A DNA stretch of 64,000 nt from assembly GCA_030390025.1 (NCBI GenBank), contig CM059432.1, positions 39,992,001-40,056,000 of the forward strand, given 5' to 3'. Position 1 is the first letter of the stretch. Each line of letters begins with the position of its first letter. Below, in pieces: positions 57,684-64,000 of this stretch. This DNA is from Squalus acanthias. Its lineage: Eukaryota. A program made the position numbers and the translations under genes. The notes beneath the pieces were generated by a model, which was given only the letters and a program-made list of their open reading frames with translations, was not told the DNA's origin and did not search any database.

Positions 57684-59365
57684 GAATCCACAATCTTCTG
57701 ATTCAGAGGCAAAAGTGCTACCACTGACCCACGGCTGACACTTCTAATTGACAAATCTAATCCTACTACCCTACTCGCTCCCCATAGCCTTGTGTCTTCT
57801 TCAGCTTCATAGAGAAAGAGGAGAGAAGGAAAGAGAATACTATGAACATTTTTCTAAAATTTATAATTGGGGGCCAAAACTCTAGTTCTAGAATTAATTT
57901 TTCTTTTTAGAAATACTCATTTGCAAATAATTTGTATTCCTTAATCCATCTCAAGAGCGTAGGAATCGCACCTAACTCTATTTTCACAACATTGGGCCGA
58001 AACTTGATCCCGGGACGCGAGAGTACGCACTGCATACTCTCGCGTATTCCCACTCCAATTGCCGGTTTTCTGCATGCCCTGCGCATGCGCTGAAAACCGG
58101 CAATTGCTCTTCCGAAAAGGGGGCGGGGCCGGAGTGCATTGCGTGCGCGCTACAGGCTGCGCGCACGCTGTGCACTTCATGCTTTGGACGCGCAGGTAAG
58201 TAGGGAAGATTTTGGAAATGTAAAAAGGAGGAGTAAGACCCGCTTTTAAGAAGGTAAGTAGTGAATTAAGTATTTTTTTGAATTTTTTTTTACAGGTATA
58301 TCTTTTTTATAGACTTTAAAGACAGGTAAGTTTATTTTTATAACTTTTTAAAAGATTTTAAATTTTTTCAAAAATTTAATTTTTTATTTAAAATGGTTAA
58401 TTTAATTAACTATACTTATTTTATTAATGTGATGGGTTTTTTTTTAAATTTAATTGAGGTTTAGCTGTTATTTTGGGGGGGTGTAAGATTCATAAGTCTC
58501 TCAGCCATGCTGTGAGACTTATGAATGGAAGATGGTGTGCTGCCATTGGCTCTAACTGAGTCACGTGATCCCACAGCTCGCACGAATTAACTACGCCGCT
58601 GGGATACGCAAGCCCAGCACAGCTGATGTCTGGAACATCAATTTCGTGCGAGCTGGATCAGAAAAAGCATAAGCGAGGTGAGACATCGCGGGAAAGGCTT
58701 ACCCCCGCGGGAACAGAGCGAGATCAATTTCTGGGCCAATCTCTTTACAGCTTTCAAATATACTGAGCCCAGGAGTGGGTGCAATAATCACAGTATTGGT
58801 GTCAAAGAAAAAAGGAACAGACACATTAATTTGAGACTGCCAACAACTGGTTACTTGGAGGCCACGTTTACACTTTTTCTACTTTTAATTTGCCAGATAG
58901 CTAGTGACTCACAGCAATCCGACAAAAAGGTCAAGCTAGTCTTGCGTGTGTTTAGTTCAAATTCCCAATCTCAAACTTTGAATCAAAATCCTACCCCCTC
59001 CTCCCCCCGGAAGAAAAAGTTGTGCAATTTCCTACAGGGAATGAGTGAAAATCAAATATTCATCATCATACTTTTCATCTGGCGAAGTAGTGAGATAAAA
59101 CTCGAGGAGCTGATTTTAGTATTCAGTTATAAATCTGGCCGGCGATAGACAGCGCAAGATCTGTGCTCGCTCGCCTGAGGCAGTGGGGAACCCGGCTATT
59201 TTTCTGGGTTCCCCTCAGTTTCAGGTGAGCTGCTAGTGTGAAAGTACTTGAGATATGAAGCTCACCCCTTAAGAGTTGGAAATCGAGTACTGCAGTAGTT
59301 TAAAGGGAGACTTCATTTTCTTGTAAACGTCAATATCAGGAACATATGTCAGTAGATTTATAAAC

Positions 59366-59534
59366 ATGTCTGGGACCAGCAGGGCACCTAGGTTCTCAGA
59401 CATGGCCACGGGTCTCGTCGTGGAACACGTTGGGAAGAGGAAGGACATCCTCTTTCCTCTGATGTCTCATGGCGAGTTTGGGTGGACTAGGCAGGAGGTC
59501 ACAGAGCATGCCAATGTCAGCAGCATGACACCAG
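59366..59534 (+). pseudogene. Old Harbinger Myb/SANT exon remnant, target of element B
   Basis: RAPRFSD..LVVEHVGKRKDILFP..SMTP; resumes after 62358. Confidence 0.6.
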
Positions 59535-60000
59535 GGGCTAGAAATTGGGCTCCTTTGCGCCTCCCGTTAGTACCTCCAGGGGACGCTAACGGCGGCGCAA
59601 ATGGGTTTGCGACCAGGAGCAGCGATATCAACGCCTCCCACTAAATTCGGCAGGAGTAATACGTTGTGCCCCGATCTCCTGTGCCCGGAGATTGTGACGT
59701 CATTGCCGTCAGCGCCCCGGATGAAAAATTCCCTCTCGCCCCCCTGCTTGTGCACCTGCCATTGACGACGACAGGTAGAGGAGGCGGCTTTCAGTCAGAT
59801 GTCCCCTGGAGGAGCGCTATTTAAAAGCATCCACATCCAGTTTAGTTTACGTCGGCCAACAATGCTGCGTTGTTAGCTTCACATAGGCAAAGAGGCCTTT
59901 TGACCGATTTGAGCGTTTTGCATTTTAACAAGTGCTCTGGCACAAAGATTCTTCAGTTTCATTGAGGGGACATTTGAAAGTGCAATATTTGTATCCTTTC

Positions 60001-61097
60001 ATGGGGGCTGTACTGGCACTGGACCTCGCCCTCCAGCGTCAAAGTCGGAGGCAACTGAGGCACAGAAAGAGAGTGCAAAATGTGGCCAGAGGTAGGAGGG
60101 CCAACAGGGCTCTCAATAGTAGGCCTTACCCACCCAGGGTATTCCGGCAGCAGTTCTCCTACATGAATTTCACTGAGAACCAGTGTGTTAGAAGGCGCCG
60201 CTTCAGCAAGGACGTGGTCACACAGCTCTGCCACCTCCTGCAGCCAGACCTTGAGCCTCAGATCAGGGGTACCACGGCTCTCTCAGTAGCAGTCAAGGTC
60301 ACCGTCGCCCTCAATTTCTACGCCAGTGGATCATTCCAGTGTGCAACAGGCGACATCTCCAACATCTCCCAGTTTACCGTCCATTGCTCCATCCGCCAGG
60401 TCACAGATGCTCTGTACAGAAGGAGAAGGGACTACATTTCCTTCCCCATGACCAGAGAGAAGCAGCGCGAGCGTGCATGTGGCTTTGCCAGGATAGCGGG
60501 CTTCACCGTGGTGCAGGGCGCCATTGACTGCACCCACGTCACTTTGCGGGCACCTCATAACAATCCTGAGGTATTCTGTAACCGCGAAGGCTACCACTCA
60601 CTTAATGTGCAGTTGGTGTGCGACCCCACATAGCGCATCCTCACCGTCAATGCCCGCTATCCTGGCAGCAGCCACGATGCCTTCATTCTGTGCCAGCTAC
60701 TACATCAAGCTCGCAGCTGGGAGACAAGGGCTATCCGCTCTCCACCTGGCTCATGACTCCCCTCTGCAACCCCGACACTCCTGGCCAGCACTCATATAAT
60801 GAGAGCCACACTGCCACCAGGAACATCATTGAGCAGACCATCGGAGTGCTCAAGCAACGGTTCCACTGCCTTGACCGCTCAGGAGGATCCCTCCAGTAGT
60901 TGGCCGAGTGGGTGTCACTTTTCGTTGTCGTCTGCTACATGCTGTTCAACTTGGCCATTATGAGGTCGCAGCCATTGCCACCAGGCATAACTCCACCACC
61001 TCAGGAGGACGAGGAAGAGGAGGAAGAAGAGGAGCAGGAGAAACAGGAGGGTGGACAGCAGCGACGGAGGATCACCCAGTGCAGACCCCTCTACTAA
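60001..61097 (+). pseudogene. Harbinger transposase pseudogene
   Basis: GAIDCTHV, LGDKGYPL, RNIIEQTIGVLKQRF with stops at 60631 and 60897 and a frameshift. Confidence 0.9.
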
Positions 61098-62029
61098 ACT
61101 TGCCTCTAAAGATCGCGTAGTGTCGGTATCTGAGGTGGTGCCTGCGGGTGAGACATGCAGTGATGCGGTGCTTTGCTCCTCCTCCTCTTCTCCTTCCTCA
61201 CTCTCAGTGGGGGGGGGGGGGCTCAGGGATAGGCTGGTCATCTGTTTGCTGATTATCTGAAAGTATAAAGGCACAAGACTCGCATTAAGGTGAGGGCAGT
61301 GGGGCAGGAATGGAGCAAGGAATGCAGACATTCTCATGAGGTGGAAAGTGAGAAAGGTTTGTGGTGTGAGGGGGAAGTGGAATGAGAGGAGGAGAGGGAC
61401 TGAAGATACCGTTTTTTACCCCAACTGGGTCAACGTCGCCGACGGCCATGCGCCCACCACCTGCTGCCCAATGAGCGGCAGCACTCGCTCCTCCAGGTCT
61501 GAGAGCTGCTGGAGCTGCGCACCACCCCCGCCTGTTCTCTGCTGCTCCCTCCTATTGTGGGCCATCTTGGCCTGCAAGAGAAACAAATGTGTTTGAGTCA
61601 GAGTCCAGCTATGTGTTTGGGAGATATGCCTGCCGTCGTTGAATAGCTGTGATTGTAGGCAAGGTGTGAGATGTGGATGTGAGTTTAAGTAGGTGGAGAT
61701 GCTTGGTGGGTGAGTGGCACTTTGTGCAGTGTGTACAGACTGAGGTTCAGATGCTGGTATGTAGGAGCTGTTGAAGCATGTACTCACCTTAACCACCCGA
61801 GTGAGGTCGTTGAATTTCTTGCAGCACTATGTCAGGCTGCGTTCCACCACACTACTGGCCGAGACTTCCTGGGCCACTTCCCTCCACATTGCCCTGAACA
61901 CCTGAGGCGATGGCCTCCTTCCAGTGGCTGGGAGCAGCATTGCCCTCCTTCGCTCCACTCCAGCCACTAATGCCTCCAATGCCACGTCTGTGAACCACGA
62001 GCTCTCTCCCTGGGAGTGGGAACAGCCAT
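61065..62029 (-). pseudogene. Harbinger Myb/SANT gene, exons 1-2 and truncated exon 3
   Basis: AKMAHNRREQQRTGGGGAQLQQLSDLEERV matches exon 2 of element A; exon 1 matches 14084-14401. Confidence 0.85.
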
Positions 62030-62845
62030 CGCCATCAGGGGATTCACTTGCTCACAGGTCACCTCAAAGCCAGCAATGTTGAAAATGAGCATTTGCATAA
62101 TGATGCAACCTCCCCTTTAAGAGCTGGAAGGAACCAATGTGAAGGATCATTGCTGAATGCATTGCACCTGAAATTCATTAGCGCTCTGCTGGTAGCGCCC
62201 TTTAGTGCCCCATTGAGGTCATTAGCGCTCGATTTAGTGCCCCACTTCCTTCCTGGGGCGCTAACACACAATTTAGTAGAAGTTCAGAATCCTTAGCACC
62301 TGGCGCTAAAATTTCAAAAGTTAGCGCCCCAAACGGGGCAATACCCAATTTCACCCCCCAGGATTTATGGCATCACCCTAAACCTGACATTTCCAAACTG
62401 TTATTTCCTTGTCCGTTTCCCATGCTTGCCCATTAGGCAGCAGGAAAGACGTTACTGTGCTTCCTTTCTGCTTTTCCTCAAACTAATAAAAACTGCTACC
62501 CTTCGCAAATACTTCTATTTCTCAACTAAGCTTGATGCTTCTTCTTGTCATCATGTACACTATGTTCGGTAGGCTGATGCACAATGATGGCTTAAAGCCC
62601 TTTTGCCAAGGCAGTTATTGAATGCCTTCTACACCGCTTACAGGAGAAGGTTGTCCATAATAAAAGGGAGACAGGTTACACCCACCAACCATGGTCTCCC
62701 CGTGCAACCTGGCTCCCTTTTGTTATGCGTCCTTCTGCGCATGTGCCGTTCTGCTGGGGGCGGGTTGTTGTTTAGGTCCCGCCTCCCCATACGGGCACAT
62801 GCGCAGAAGGACGCAGAAAACTATGCAAATGATCAGTGTTAAATC

Positions 62846-63128
62846 TTTTTTTTTATATATTCGTTCCTGGGATGTGGCCGGCGCTGGCAAGGCCAGCATT
62901 TATTGCCCATCCCTAATTGCCCTCGAGAAGGTGGTGGTGAGCCGCCTTCTTGAACCGCTGCAATCCATGTGGTGAAGGTACTCCCACAGTGCTGTTAGGG
63001 AGGGAGTTCCAGGATTTTGACCCAGCAACAATGAAGAAACGGTGATATACTTCCAAGTCAGGATAGTGTGTGACTTGGAAGGGAACTTGGAGGTGGTGGT
63101 GTTCCCATCCGCCTGCTGCCCTTGTCCA
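62846..63128 (-). mobile_element. Family X LINE 3' fragment
   Basis: Same tail as 17140-17420. Confidence 0.85.
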
Positions 63129-64000
63129 TGGAGATGGTTAAATCTATTAACAAATGGGAGTTTCCACTGCTACAAAAATGTGCAACTGTCTAAAACAGTG
63201 GTGGGCAAAATACAGCTCGCCAATGGATTCAATGCGGCCCGCCATGACCTGGCTTCGAGGCTGAATGTTCGCCACACCTGACCCTGCCTCACGTAACGTC
63301 AAGAGGCGGGTCATTGTCGCCAAGGCAGCAGGGGAGTCATAACCAAAAATACTAAATGTGTCTGGCTCTGATCCATGGAGGAGCCGCCAGATTTCCAGTT
63401 TCACCACCCAGCCCCCCTCCTCCAATCTGCAAGCTACCTGTGAGCCCTGGTTTAGCAGCTGCAGCTGTATATTACACAGATGAGGCCCAGCCATCAAAAT
63501 GGCTCAGTCCTCTCGCCGAGGACATTGGACAGGCAGCACCATGGCACTGGTCACCCAATGTCCACCCAGAATGAAAATCAACCCCAAGAAGTCTAAGCTC
63601 AGCAATCTCACAGCAATGTCAAGCATATCCAAGATCCTAGATCAGCTGCAAGAGAAGTATATACATTCAATTCTTGCTGATGTGGCAGTGGAATTGAGTC
63701 TTCTTTGAAAGTGAGCATGACTGAATGATATGATCTGTGGTGTTTAATGTACTTGGGAAGCCAATCATATTTGAAAATATGCAACTGAACCCTGTATTTA
63801 TTGAAACTATCAAATCTACTTTATTCCGTTTACTGATGCATCTCAATGGTAAGAGCATTGCGATCATAAAGGTCTGCAAATCAGTGCTGAATTTGATATT
63901 TCCAATAAAAATCAACCTAAATGTTTCACAAATCCAAGATGTTTCAAGAGTTTTCACTGCAGAGGACAATACTAGCTTATGAAAAATATTTGGACATCTC

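Larger units (their letters stand above)
59535..62358. mobile_element. Harbinger transposon B, internally deleted
   Basis: TIRs GGGCTAGAAATTGGG / CCCAATTTCACCCCC; CAG TSD at 59532-59534 and 62359-62361; transposase (+) and Myb gene (-). Confidence 0.9.

Noticed and set aside
63667..63982. Short ORFs on both strands as host exons (also 19767-19961 and 53298-53618)
   Set aside because: No recognisable homology or convincing paired splice signals

Overview
Repeat-dominated eukaryotic genomic DNA. The repeat set (HE1-type V-SINE, Deu-domain SINEs, abundant CR1 LINEs) points to a cartilaginous fish; this is an inference. No host protein-coding gene is confidently recognised. The main feature is an 8-kb LTR element (41068-49066) inserted into an RTE LINE. 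It has TG...CA LTRs of about 1.01 kb, a GTCC target-site duplication, a tRNA-Arg-like PBS and a PPT. It encodes a coiled-coil/CA/CCHC Gag, a UGA-CUAG readthrough junction, an internally deleted pol, and an unusual envelope made of a signal peptide, an Ig-like domain and a Mononegavirales-F-like class I fusogen, i.e. lokiretrovirus-like. Other contents: (1) a near-intact two-gene PIF/Harbinger transposon (21047-25180) plus decayed relatives and MITEs; (2) a 4.4-kb non-autonomous hAT element carrying decayed tRNA genes; (3) Penelope-like fragments with minimal hammerhead ribozyme motifs, two of them inside a perfect 254-bp palindrome; (4) deeply nested CR1, RTE, L2 and SINE insertions. All calls were made by eye without database searches, and boundaries of decayed repeats are approximate.
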